This document shows, one piece after another, positions 49,590 through 58,932 of a DNA stretch of 64,000 bases. Positions within the stretch are counted from its first letter, which is position 1. Every line of letters begins with the position of its first letter. The notes below the pieces were generated by a model. That model made no database searches. It had not been told where the DNA came from and saw only the letters and a list, made by a program, of their open reading frames with translations. A program made the translations under genes and the position numbers. The stretch is from assembly GCA_946535445.1 (NCBI GenBank), contig CAMNDN010000002.1, positions 5,831 through 69,830 on the forward strand. The letters run 5' to 3'. The DNA comes from an uncultured Lachnospiraceae bacterium (lineage in GTDB: Bacteria > Bacillota > Clostridia > Lachnospirales > Lachnospiraceae).

Positions 49590-50255
49590 TCAGCCTTTCT
49601 CGAACTCTTCCCTGAATTTTGTGATATCTTCAAAGAGTTCCGCATGCCTGCAAAGCCATCCTTCATCCTTCTCCCACCATCTGAAGGACCGTAGGAAATC
49701 GATATCCTCATCCGAAAAGCGCCTTCTGATCGGATGGGCAGGCACACCTGCGACAATTGTATAAGGTTCAACATCCTTTGTAACGACCGCACCGGCTGCG
49801 ATAATAGCGCCATCCCCGATTTCATGACCGCCCAGGATCATAGCACCGTCTCCGATCCAGACATCGTTTCCTATTTTTACGGAGTATCCTGAACCGTCAG
49901 GGAGTTTCAGATACTCTTCAAATTTCTGACGGCCCACATAAGAATCTCCGACTACAGTTTTCTCGGAAAAGAACAGAGGATGTACAGAGACAAATCCTCT
50001 GCTGGGGTGCGTGACATCGATGATTCTGACATTTTTACCGATGCAGCAATATCGGCCGACCTTCGTATTGCGCAGAAAGCTTCCGCTGGCAACATAAGAT
50101 CCGTATCCCAGATAAGAATTCACTACAGAAGAGTTTCTCCCGACAGAGTTCTTCCCTTCCATTCTGCTTCCTTTCGTTTTCGACCCGAACGAGGCTGCTT
50201 TTCCTGAAAATGCGGATCTTCCTTTTCCGCCGATTATATGCAGAAATTTCTTCAT
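49590..50255 (-). CDS. CatB/Vat-like hexapeptide O-acetyltransferase
   Basis: VGRYCCIG, IGNDVWIG, GAVVTKDVEPY.IVAGVPA, WW. Confidence 0.85.
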   Translation of the reverse strand: MKKFLHIIGGKGRSAFSGKAASFGSKTKGSRMEGKNSVGRNSSVVNSYLGYGSYVASGSFLRNTKVGRYCCIGKNVRIIDVTHPSRGFVSVHPLFFSEKTVVGDSYVGRQKFEEYLKLPDGSGYSVKIGNDVWIGDGAMILGGHEIGDGAIIAAGAVVTKDVEPYTIVAGVPAHPIRRRFSDEDIDFLRSFRWWEKDEGWLCRHAELFEDITKFREEFEKG

Positions 50256-50261
50256 AATATC

Positions 50262-50690
50262 TTATTCCTTAATATGCTGATCCTCAACTTTTCGAAGCTC
50301 TGTTGAACAGACACCTTCTGTGTGAGGCAGATAGACGACATCCACACCATAAGGTCTCAGTTCTTCCTCTGTCTTTGCCCATCTTGCGTTCCCTTTCCAG
50401 TCATCGCCGATGAAGACAGCATCGAAATGAAGATTCTTATAGTTCTCGACTTTATCTAAGGTATCGACGATCCGGCATTCATCGACCGCCTTGATATTTG
50501 CAACGATGATCCTTCTCTCTTCCTCGTGGATCACAGGAGTCTTATGCTTGTAATGCTCTACCAGCTCATCGGAGTTCACTCCCACGATCAGATAGTCGCA
50601 GTACTGCTTGGCATTATTAAGAAGATTAAGATGTCCGATATGGAACATATCATATACACCCTGTGTATAACCGACTTTGTACTTTTTCAT
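50262..50690 (-). CDS. Glycerol-3-phosphate cytidylyltransferase-like (TagD family)
   Basis: GVYDMFHIGH, VGVNSD, GDDW, TEGVCST. Confidence 0.85.
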   Translation of the reverse strand: MKKYKVGYTQGVYDMFHIGHLNLLNNAKQYCDYLIVGVNSDELVEHYKHKTPVIHEEERRIIVANIKAVDECRIVDTLDKVENYKNLHFDAVFIGDDWKGNARWAKTEEELRPYGVDVVYLPHTEGVCSTELRKVEDQHIKE

Positions 50691-50775
50691 ATACCACCAT
50701 TATTTTTCTGAATTTGAATTAATGTGTGTGATATTGTACTCCATGAAAGATGCTTCCGCAAGTCATATATTCTTC

Positions 50776-50797
50776 ATCGCGCAATACTCGTGACTTT
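50776..50797 (-). repeat. Copy 3 (inverted) of the AAAGTCACGAG intergenic motif
   Basis: Reverse complement AAAGTCACGAGTATTGCGCGAT, 21/22 identical to copy 2. Confidence 0.6.
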
Positions 50798-51324
50798 TAT
50801 TCCTGAGATACGCGCGCAATGTGACACTGTTTTACAACGACGGGAAGCGCTATTATGAACCAGGTGCAGTAGTTCTGTGGATTATTCTCCACATCCTTCA
50901 GGAGCTCTGGAATATCGACCCATTTTACTTCGTTGATCTCCTCTCTGTCAAAGCGGACTTCCCCGCTGTACTCACCCACAAAGACATGATCATACTCATA
51001 TTCGCTGAGTCCTTCATATTGTTGAAAGTATACAAAGGAAAAAAGTTCCCGGGTATCCGCTTCTATGCCGAGCTCCTCATGCAGGCGCCTGGCGACCGCA
51101 GCGGTCAGTTCCTCTCCCTTTCTCGGATGAGAACAGCAGGCATTTGCCCAGAGACCGCCGGAATGATATTTATCGAAAGCCCTCTGCTGGATCAGCATGC
51201 GATTCCCGCTGACGATGAACACGGAAAACGCACGATGGAGCAAATTCTTACGGTGGACCTCAATTTTAGGTCCGTATCCTGTCTCCTTATCGTTCAAATC
51301 TACAAGTATCAGCTGATCTTCCAC
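50797..51324 (-). CDS. idi: Type 1 isopentenyl-diphosphate isomerase
   Basis: HRAFSVF, QQRA..KY, WANACCSHP, RRLHEELG, EYEYDHVF; GTG start after AAGGAG. Confidence 0.92.
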   Translation of the reverse strand: MEDQLILVDLNDKETGYGPKIEVHRKNLLHRAFSVFIVSGNRMLIQQRAFDKYHSGGLWANACCSHPRKGEELTAAVARRLHEELGIEADTRELFSFVYFQQYEGLSEYEYDHVFVGEYSGEVRFDREEINEVKWVDIPELLKDVENNPQNYCTWFIIALPVVVKQCHIARVSQE

Positions 51325-51352
51325 GTTGTATACTCCTTTTCGGTTGTAAATA

Positions 51353-52087
51353 TCAGAGGCAGATGTACTTTCCTTCCGCACAGATCTGCCTGATCTGTCC
51401 GTCCAAAATTTCATAAGCCTCGCCCCAGATCGTCTCTATCCCGTCGGCATGCAGATAATAACTTCCGTCCGGAAGAGCAATAAAAGTGTGTCCGTAACTG
51501 TCTCCGAACGTAATGTCCTCGTACAGGCGCATACCGTCCAGCTCATAATCTCTGACCATCTGATAATGCGGAAGGATATTGACTTCAGTGAGGCCAAGAC
51601 CTCTGATGAATCGTCGATAAGAAGGATCTTCCGCTTCCCCTGACAGTTCAGGCTGGGCGTAAACAATATCCGCCGCATTCATTGTCCCTGCACTGATTCC
51701 GATAATGATTCCCTTGTAACGTCTGATTTTATTCCTGAGTCCTATTCTGCGGAAAAAGGCATTCTCTGTAGGAACATGTCCTCCGCCCAGAAAGACAACA
51801 TCATACGAAGCCAGACGCCTGAAAGAATAGCTTTCCGTACGGTCATCCCACAGATCCAGACATTTTATATCCGGGAAGGTCCCGCGTATCGACCATTCCA
51901 TACTGCTGCGCATCTCATCGCACGCTTCGTATTCCGAAGGGAAAGCAGAAATGACAAGACAGCGGGCACGAGGCTTCCAAAATCTGGACAGATTCTCCGG
52001 AAGATAGTTCATCGGGTCAAATCCATTTATCACTCTGCTGTCATCGAGTGGTCCGAACGGACTGCTGGTCAAAAATAATGCTTTCAT
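51353..52087 (-). CDS. Peptidase S51 (dipeptidase E-like)
   Basis: FLGGG, GISAG nucleophile elbow, GLGL, PHY. Confidence 0.8.
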   Translation of the reverse strand: MKALFLTSSPFGPLDDSRVINGFDPMNYLPENLSRFWKPRARCLVISAFPSEYEACDEMRSSMEWSIRGTFPDIKCLDLWDDRTESYSFRRLASYDVVFLGGGHVPTENAFFRRIGLRNKIRRYKGIIIGISAGTMNAADIVYAQPELSGEAEDPSYRRFIRGLGLTEVNILPHYQMVRDYELDGMRLYEDITFGDSYGHTFIALPDGSYYLHADGIETIWGEAYEILDGQIRQICAEGKYICL

Positions 52088-52088
52088 T

Positions 52089-52499
52089 TCACTCTCCGTC
52101 TGTCAAATAATATTCTTCCCTGATCATAGGGAGCAGCGCAAGGTCAGCCGGAAGCCAATCCACGGAATCCAGTTCTGCAAATGTCAGCCACTTAGCCGCC
52201 TCGTGTTCCCTGAGTACAGGTCTCCCGCTCACTAATCTGCACCAGAAGCAGTCCATGGACAGATGAAAATCGGGATAGTCATATTCAATGGTACTGATGA
52301 GCTTTCCGGGTTCTACGACTGCGCCGAGCTCTTCCTTGATCTCGCGTACCAGTGCAGCCCGTGAAGTCTCTCCCGGTTCAATTTTCCCGCCCGGAAACTC
52401 CCATCCGTCCTTATAGTCCCCGTACCCTCGCTGTGTGGCCAGAATTTTATGATCGTCGTAAATAACAGCTGCTACGACACGTACAGTTTTCATATCCAT
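52089..52499 (-). CDS. MutT-like NUDIX hydrolase
   Basis: WEFPGGKIEPGE....ALVREIKEEL. Confidence 0.9.
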   Translation of the reverse strand: MDMKTVRVVAAVIYDDHKILATQRGYGDYKDGWEFPGGKIEPGETSRAALVREIKEELGAVVEPGKLISTIEYDYPDFHLSMDCFWCRLVSGRPVLREHEAAKWLTFAELDSVDWLPADLALLPMIREEYYLTDGE

Positions 52500-52505
52500 A
52501 TCGAA

Positions 52506-53165
52506 TTATCGCCTCAGATAGGGCGTTGAAACAGGAAAATCAAAATAAGTATCCGGAAACGGTTCGTCCTTCAGTGTAAAATGCCACCACTCACAGTCAA
52601 TGGGAAGAAATCCTGCTTTCACCATCAGATTTTGAAGAAGCATTCTGTTCTCATATTGCTCGTCTGTGATTCCTTTGTAATCCGGGTGGGAAATCTCGCT
52701 GAACATATCGAACGGACTCCCCATATCAACTTCCCTGCCGGTATTCATGTCCAGCAGGGTCAGGTCGACGGTGCTTCCCCGGCTGTGGCTGGACTGGCTC
52801 GCAATATATCCCCTGACGAAAAGCTCCTGCTTTTCAAGATCGGGATAAAAGTAAGGCTTCATTCTCAGGTCAAGATCTTCGATCCCCCAAAAGACAAAAT
52901 GTTTGACAGCTCTCACCGGTCTGTATGCATCAAATATTTTGAGGCGATAGCCTAAGACATTTGCCTCATTTGCCACATTTTTAAGAGCCCTTGCCGCCTC
53001 TTTGGTCAGCAGGGCGCACGGTTCTTCATATCCGTCTATTCTGTCCCCTATAAAATTATAAGTCGAGTAGTAACGAATCTCCTGAATAATGCCGGGGACA
53101 TAGTCGGCGAGGATAACAAAGTCAGATGGATCCATAATTACTTTCTGCTCATAATCTATCGACAT
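52506..53165 (-). CDS. D-Ala-D-Ala dipeptidase (VanX/DdpX, M15D)
   Basis: DAYRP, SSHSRGSTVDLT, EWWHF. Confidence 0.9.
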   Translation of the reverse strand: MSIDYEQKVIMDPSDFVILADYVPGIIQEIRYYSTYNFIGDRIDGYEEPCALLTKEAARALKNVANEANVLGYRLKIFDAYRPVRAVKHFVFWGIEDLDLRMKPYFYPDLEKQELFVRGYIASQSSHSRGSTVDLTLLDMNTGREVDMGSPFDMFSEISHPDYKGITDEQYENRMLLQNLMVKAGFLPIDCEWWHFTLKDEPFPDTYFDFPVSTPYLRR

Positions 53166-53171
53166 ATACAA

Positions 53172-54401
53172 TCAACCTCCCAGTATATCCCCCAGATTGG
53201 TCTCTTTAATTCCATGTTTTTCCGCATAACCGGTCAGGAACAGAGTCAGCGCACCGTCGCCCGTAACATTGCATGCTGTTCCGAATGAATCCTGCAGCGC
53301 AAAAATAGTAAGTATAAGAGCTGTACCGTTCGCGTCAAATCCGAGAACGCCCGTAATCAGACCCAGAGATGCCATAACAGTTCCTCCGGGAACACCGGGT
53401 GCTCCAATCGCAAAGACGCCGAGAAGCAGACAGAATAAAATCATCTTGCCGACGGACGGGAACTCGCCGTACAGCATTTTTGATACTGCCATGACGAAGA
53501 ACGTCTCTGTCATGACCGAACCGCACAGATGGATATTCGCAAACAGCGGAATTCCGAAGCTGACGAGATCCTTGCGAAGCGGAGGTACCGCCTTTCTTGC
53601 ACATTCAAGTGCAACGGAAAGTGTTGCGGCACTGGACATGGTACCTACTGCAGTCATGTATGCCGGTCCGTAATTTTTCACAATATCCATCGGATTCTTT
53701 CCGGAATACGCACCTGCTATGCCATAGAGCAGAGCAAGCCAGATATAGTGACCGATCATTACGATAACAATAATGATCAGGAAAATAGGCAGCTGCTTTG
53801 TAATGGAACCTTCATAGGCAAGTGTACAGAATGTGCAGCCGATCAGGATCGGAAGGACCGGAATTACGAATTTCGTCACGATACTGAGTACGATCTGCTG
53901 AAATTCTTCCAGAACACTTGTGATTACTTTGCTCTTGTTCCATGCGGCGGACAGGCCGACCAGGACAGAGAAGAACAGAGCAGACATGACCGGCATGATC
54001 TGCGGAATCGTCAGTTCGAAGATGACATCCGGAAGTTCCTTCAAGCCGTCCACTTCAGGGCTGATATTAAGGAAAGGTAAGATGGTAAATCCGGCCCCTG
54101 TAGCTAAGAAAGCGGCTCCGATCGACGAAATATATGCTATGCATAGCGCTACGAGCAGCATGCGGGACGCATTATTCCCAAGTCTTGTAATAGAAGGCGC
54201 GATAAAGCCGATGATGATCAGCGGTACACAGAAATTAATGAACTGACTTGATATGAACTTTACTGTTACCAGGATATTCAAAAGCGCATTCGTAACCGGC
54301 ATGCCGTCCATCGCGGCAAGTGCCAGGCCGACTGCAATGCCGGCCGCAAGTGCGATAAGAAGCCTGAATGGCAGGCTGTGAATAAGACCTTCTTTTTTCA
54401 T
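53172..54401 (-). CDS. Dicarboxylate/amino acid:cation symporter (DAACS)
   Basis: GTMSSAATL, NIHLCG, GAPGVPGG, DSFGTACNVTGD. Confidence 0.9.
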   Translation of the reverse strand: MKKEGLIHSLPFRLLIALAAGIAVGLALAAMDGMPVTNALLNILVTVKFISSQFINFCVPLIIIGFIAPSITRLGNNASRMLLVALCIAYISSIGAAFLATGAGFTILPFLNISPEVDGLKELPDVIFELTIPQIMPVMSALFFSVLVGLSAAWNKSKVITSVLEEFQQIVLSIVTKFVIPVLPILIGCTFCTLAYEGSITKQLPIFLIIIVIVMIGHYIWLALLYGIAGAYSGKNPMDIVKNYGPAYMTAVGTMSSAATLSVALECARKAVPPLRKDLVSFGIPLFANIHLCGSVMTETFFVMAVSKMLYGEFPSVGKMILFCLLLGVFAIGAPGVPGGTVMASLGLITGVLGFDANGTALILTIFALQDSFGTACNVTGDGALTLFLTGYAEKHGIKETNLGDILGG

Positions 54402-54491
54402 AATTTCCCTCCTCAATAGTAAAAACTGATGTATATAATTGACAAATATGATCCGTCCGGCCGGACCAGGTCATCAAATCATATAACTGAA

Positions 54492-55799
54492 TTACATACA
54501 GGAATTCACATCGACCTTGTCGATCATGACATTCAGGATCTCTTTATCGGTCTCCTTCATGCCGATCCTTCCGATATATCCCATATTTTTTATCGTCATC
54601 TCGACATCGCTCTCGACAAATCCTTCTCCGCCCATGAATTCTTTCTGACTGATGCTCATGTAATGACCGAGAAGTGCGGCATGTACGGAAGATGCTATTT
54701 TTGCGGCACAGCTGGGTTTTGCACCGTCACAGACGATCCCGCCTACATTGCCGAGTGTATTGGTGATCGTACCGCCGATCTGTTCATAAGAGCCGCCGGA
54801 CATATATGTTATTCCGGCACCGGCGCCGCAGGCAGCACTTACAGCACCGCAGAATGCGGAAAGCGATCCTATGTAATGCTTGATATAAATCGACACCAGA
54901 TTAGAAACGAGCAGACATCGGTACATTTTCTCTCTGGAAAGATGCCATCTCTCCGCATAGGTCACGATGGGAAGCGTGACCGTGATTCCCTGATTGCCGC
55001 TTCCGGAATTGATGATGACCGGCATCGGACAGCCGCTCATTCTCGCGTCGGAACCGGCAGCGGCACGCGCGCATGCGCAGCACTTCACATCATCACTCCA
55101 ATTCTCCAGCAGGGTCTTTCCGACACGGGCTCCCCATGGGTTATCCAGTCCTTCCTGCGAAATTGCTGTATTAAAGCGGACCTGTCTTTCCAGGATTTCC
55201 TCGACTTCTGCCAGATCGACCGTATTTGCATAATCAATAATACCATGCAGTGTCATTTTTGTTCGATCGCCGTGAGTGCCTTCCTGCTCTTCTGAAGTAT
55301 GACTTTTCTCCGCAATGAAGACCGTTCGTCCGTCTTTTTCAATTTCTGTTATATCCGTGTGATGTTCCTCGATCGTGACAGCAGCTTTATGGTCTTTCGT
55401 CCACATTTCCGCCCTGATAAAAAGGTTGGGAACATTCTCCACCAGTTCCACATCACATATACCTGCATCTACAAGTTCACGTGTTTTCCGACGGGCTTCA
55501 TCATCGGCATCCGAGATGACTTCCAGCATTTTGTCGGCATTTCCTCCGACTACTCCGAACACGGCTGCTGCCTGTATTCCCTTCAGACCTCCTGAATTCG
55601 GCACTATGACGCCCTTAACGTTCTTAATAATATTGCCTGAACAGGATATTCGGATATGCTCAGGCATTTCTCCCAGTTCGCGATATGCTTTCGCGGCAGC
55701 ATAAGAGATGGCAATCGGTTCGGTGCATCCCATTGCCGCAACAAGTTCCTCTTTGAGAATCGCCGTATAGTTCTTTGATAATTCTTCTGTAAGCTGCAA
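54492..55799 (-). CDS. L-cysteine desulfidase (CyuA/YhaM-like, serine dehydratase alpha family)
   Basis: AMGCTEP, NIIKN, GSDARM, SGSGNQG, LSAFCG, CDGAKPSCA. Confidence 0.85.
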   Translation of the reverse strand: MQLTEELSKNYTAILKEELVAAMGCTEPIAISYAAAKAYRELGEMPEHIRISCSGNIIKNVKGVIVPNSGGLKGIQAAAVFGVVGGNADKMLEVISDADDEARRKTRELVDAGICDVELVENVPNLFIRAEMWTKDHKAAVTIEEHHTDITEIEKDGRTVFIAEKSHTSEEQEGTHGDRTKMTLHGIIDYANTVDLAEVEEILERQVRFNTAISQEGLDNPWGARVGKTLLENWSDDVKCCACARAAAGSDARMSGCPMPVIINSGSGNQGITVTLPIVTYAERWHLSREKMYRCLLVSNLVSIYIKHYIGSLSAFCGAVSAACGAGAGITYMSGGSYEQIGGTITNTLGNVGGIVCDGAKPSCAAKIASSVHAALLGHYMSISQKEFMGGEGFVESDVEMTIKNMGYIGRIGMKETDKEILNVMIDKVDVNSCM

Positions 55800-55825
55800 A
55801 ATCCGTTTCCTTTCTTTTCTGTCAA

Positions 55826-56413
55826 CTATTCCGGAAGATTTCCCTTTCGAATATTCTCTTTAATGATATGATCGGTGACTTCGAAAAGCTTTTCCGATCC
55901 GAGCCGTGTTTTCGTCTGGCGGCCATAGACGGTCCCGGCCGAGACTCCGTGCTCTCTCCAGTCTCCGCCTTCATTACTGTTGTTCAGAATGAGAGGTTGG
56001 AGGTTGTCCATCGCGTGCGCGAATCTGGATTCTGCCGTACTGTATTCTTCGAACTCATCGAAAAGGTTGATAAGCTCCTCTTTCTGGTCTTCAGGCAGCA
56101 GGGAAAAAATTCTCTCTTTCGCCGCATCCTCCCTGGCCTTCTGAGTTTTCAGATTTTCCTCATCATAGGCATATGTATCGCCCGCATCAATCTCGACAAT
56201 ATCATGGATAAGACACATCAGCATGACTTTTGTAATATCGACCGGTTCATTGGAATATTCCCTCAACAAATATGCCATGATCGCCATATGCCATGCATGC
56301 TCGGCGTCGTTTTCATTCCTCCCGTGTCCCGAAAGATGTGTCTGTCTGAATATATTCTTTTCCTTGTCGATCTCAAGAGCAAAAGCCAGCTGTTCTTCTA
56401 AACGTTCATCCAT
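55826..56413 (-). CDS. HD-domain phosphohydrolase (YfbR/HDDC2-like)
   Basis: ENDAEHAW, HDIVEIDAGD, EFEE..T.E..FA..MD. Confidence 0.85.
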   Translation of the reverse strand: MDERLEEQLAFALEIDKEKNIFRQTHLSGHGRNENDAEHAWHMAIMAYLLREYSNEPVDITKVMLMCLIHDIVEIDAGDTYAYDEENLKTQKAREDAAKERIFSLLPEDQKEELINLFDEFEEYSTAESRFAHAMDNLQPLILNNSNEGGDWREHGVSAGTVYGRQTKTRLGSEKLFEVTDHIIKENIRKGNLPE

Positions 56414-56428
56414 AAAGCGGGTATCCTT

Positions 56429-57052
56429 TCACCTCATATCGTCCAGGCCTGCGTATTCTTCCTCCGTATTAATATTAATCATCATTCGTAAAAAAGGTGT
56501 TCCCTCAAGGTCAACATAATTGATCTTCAGTTTATTCAGCGCATCCAGCAATCTGTAATCACCTGACTCAAGCTGTTTCCCGAATACTTCTACGGCCTTT
56601 ACACTGTATATCGCGGCCAGCGGATGCACCTTTCCGCCGGACCTTGCGACAGCACCCTCATATGATCCCATTTGTTCATACAGATAGCTGAATAGCTCCG
56701 CTTTGACAAAAGGCATATCGCAGGCTGCTGTCATAATAAGCTCCATGCCGTTTTCTGCCGCCGCTTTCATCGCTGCGTGAAGTCCTCCGAGGGGACCGCA
56801 GTTCTTATATTCATCCCGGACTATTCTGCAGCCTTCTATTTCTTCCTGAACAGTTTCTCCGAAAGAGATGTAAACAAGATTTGTCATCCGGTGCATCTCG
56901 TCCGAAATATGAACGGCAAAAGCTTTTCCATCCGGTGTCCGGAGAGACCCCTTATATCGTCCGAGCATTCTTCGATTCTTTCCGCCTGCAAGAATCACTC
57001 CTGCAAGAGCAGGACCCATCGGAATTTCGCTCATAGCTATATCACTCTCCAT
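56429..57052 (-). CDS. mobA: Molybdenum cofactor guanylyltransferase
   Basis: ILAGGKNRRM, GPLGG, ACDMP, PLAAIY, NINT; start may be 57034. Confidence 0.9.
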   Translation of the reverse strand: MESDIAMSEIPMGPALAGVILAGGKNRRMLGRYKGSLRTPDGKAFAVHISDEMHRMTNLVYISFGETVQEEIEGCRIVRDEYKNCGPLGGLHAAMKAAAENGMELIMTAACDMPFVKAELFSYLYEQMGSYEGAVARSGGKVHPLAAIYSVKAVEVFGKQLESGDYRLLDALNKLKINYVDLEGTPFLRMMININTEEEYAGLDDMR

Positions 57053-57608
57053 CTGATTTCACCGAAAAATAATCCACTATATTATCCACTATTTTATCAA
57101 TTTGTGAAAGACCGAGAACCTTTTCCGCAAAATTTTTTTCAGGCCGATCGCTCACGATCAGGAACCTTCCTGAAGGATTTGATACAGGCTGTTCGGAAAC
57201 TTCCGATCTGATCACCTCAATTTTGGGCAGAACAGTATTTTTGAGTCCCTCGACCAAAATCACGTCAGCCTCCGGAAAGAATTCTGACAGTTCCAGTACC
57301 ATTCTCTGTTCCCACAAAGCGTGGTCCATCGGAAGCTTTCCTCCATCCGGTGCGTCTTTGTCAACTGTCCGGCGGTGTACAAATATCCTGTTCATGGAAA
57401 AAACAGCCGTTCCTAAAGCCCCGGCTTCGTTGAAACGGAAACTGTCAGTTCCGGGGACGTCGCAGGCAAAATCATGGCCGTCATGTTTAATGACGGCCGT
57501 TCTGATTCCTCTTCTGCTCAGTTCGCCGATCAGTTTTCCGATCAGCGTCGTCTTGCCAGAATTTTTGACCCCGCAGACAGCACATATAATTTTCCTGTTG
57601 TTTTCCAT
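57042..57608 (-). CDS. mobB: Molybdopterin-guanine dinucleotide biosynthesis protein B
   Basis: GVKNSGKTT, VIKHDGH, GTDS.RF, ILVEG.K. Confidence 0.9.
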   Translation of the reverse strand: MENNRKIICAVCGVKNSGKTTLIGKLIGELSRRGIRTAVIKHDGHDFACDVPGTDSFRFNEAGALGTAVFSMNRIFVHRRTVDKDAPDGGKLPMDHALWEQRMVLELSEFFPEADVILVEGLKNTVLPKIEVIRSEVSEQPVSNPSGRFLIVSDRPEKNFAEKVLGLSQIDKIVDNIVDYFSVKSDGE

Positions 57609-57701
57609 ATGCGCTCCTGCAGTTTTTGTATCAGTGGGAGAAGGCCCCCGCCTCTAAGATCGTACCTTATATCAAGCCCGCCTTCATTTCCCTTACAATA
57701 A

Positions 57702-58904
57702 TTACAAAAGAAGAACGTCCATCTCCTCTCCCGGTTCCACGCCCGTGCTTCCTGCAGGAATAATGACCATACAGTTACAGCCGACCATGGTGGACAGAAC
57801 ACCGGATTCATTGGATCCCGTTGTCTTAACGTGCCCGTTATCATAAACACCGCGAACATATCTTGTCACTTTACTGCTCTTAAGAAAACCGCTGTCGTAA
57901 ACAGCACGAACTTTTCGCGGCATCAGATCCGGACGTCCGGCCATCTCGGCCAGCACCGGTCTCACCAGAAGATGCAGATTGGCAGCTGCCCCATATGGAT
58001 TTCCCGATAAGGCAATAAGCGGTTTTCCCTCATAAAGTCCGAAAATCGTCGGACTGCCGGGCTTCAGGCACACCTTCCAGAAAAGCTGATGCGCATCGAG
58101 AATTTTCATTACGTCGTGCATGATATCTTTTTTACCGACCGAAACGCCTCCCGTCGTCACAATAAGGTCTGACTGACCGGCATGTTCCCGGATAAAAGCG
58201 GCAGCATCGTCCGGCTCATCATGAACGATCGAGTATGCCGAGATATCCATATCCCATATTCGCATCTGAGCTGTTATCATATGCAGATTAGAGTCATAAA
58301 TCTGACCCGGGCCCAGAGGTTCTCCGGGCTCTCTGAGTTCCGACCCCGTGGACATGATAAGCACTCTGGGTCTGCGAAATACTTTTACAGAAGTACTTCC
58401 CATTCCCACAAGAACACCGATCTCGGCGGCGCCGATCCGTGCCCCCGCCCTTATGACTGTCATCCCCTTCTTATAATCATCACCTGCGAAGCAATAATTC
58501 TGCCAGGGCTTTAATGATGTGTAAATCTTTACGGTGTCCATACCGTAATCGGTGTCCTCCTGCTTCAGAATACAGTCAGCCCCGTCCGGTATGGGGGCGC
58601 CGGTCATGATCCTTATGGCTGTTCCCGGCACGATTCGTCTTTCACTAAAGCCCCCCGCAAATACCTCATCGATCACTTTAAGGGAAACAGGCCTTTCTTT
58701 TGAGGAACCTTCCGTATCTCCGGCAGAAAGAGCATATCCATCCAGCGGTGATCTTGGAAACGGAGGCTGATCGATGAGGGCATGAACATCCTCTGCAAGG
58801 ACCCGTCCGACTGCTTCCTCGATCGATACGTATTCAGTCTCATCAATCTTCCTGCAATTCTGATGCAGGATCTCCAGAGCCTGCGTCAATAAAATACCTG
58901 TCAT
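57702..58904 (-). CDS. moeA: Molybdopterin molybdotransferase
   Basis: PPFPRSPLDGYA, IMTGAPIP, STGSEL, TTGGVSVG, LSGNP. Confidence 0.95.
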   Translation of the reverse strand: MTGILLTQALEILHQNCRKIDETEYVSIEEAVGRVLAEDVHALIDQPPFPRSPLDGYALSAGDTEGSSKERPVSLKVIDEVFAGGFSERRIVPGTAIRIMTGAPIPDGADCILKQEDTDYGMDTVKIYTSLKPWQNYCFAGDDYKKGMTVIRAGARIGAAEIGVLVGMGSTSVKVFRRPRVLIMSTGSELREPGEPLGPGQIYDSNLHMITAQMRIWDMDISAYSIVHDEPDDAAAFIREHAGQSDLIVTTGGVSVGKKDIMHDVMKILDAHQLFWKVCLKPGSPTIFGLYEGKPLIALSGNPYGAAANLHLLVRPVLAEMAGRPDLMPRKVRAVYDSGFLKSSKVTRYVRGVYDNGHVKTTGSNESGVLSTMVGCNCMVIIPAGSTGVEPGEEMDVLLL

Positions 58905-58932
58905 ATTGTAATATCCTTAATACATACTTTTT

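Noticed and set aside
52506-53165. Vancomycin resistance locus
   Set aside because: No vanH, vanA/B ligase or vanRS in the window
57609-57701. Moco riboswitch between moeA and mobB
   Set aside because: Only 93 nt, and I cannot identify the Moco RNA consensus elements
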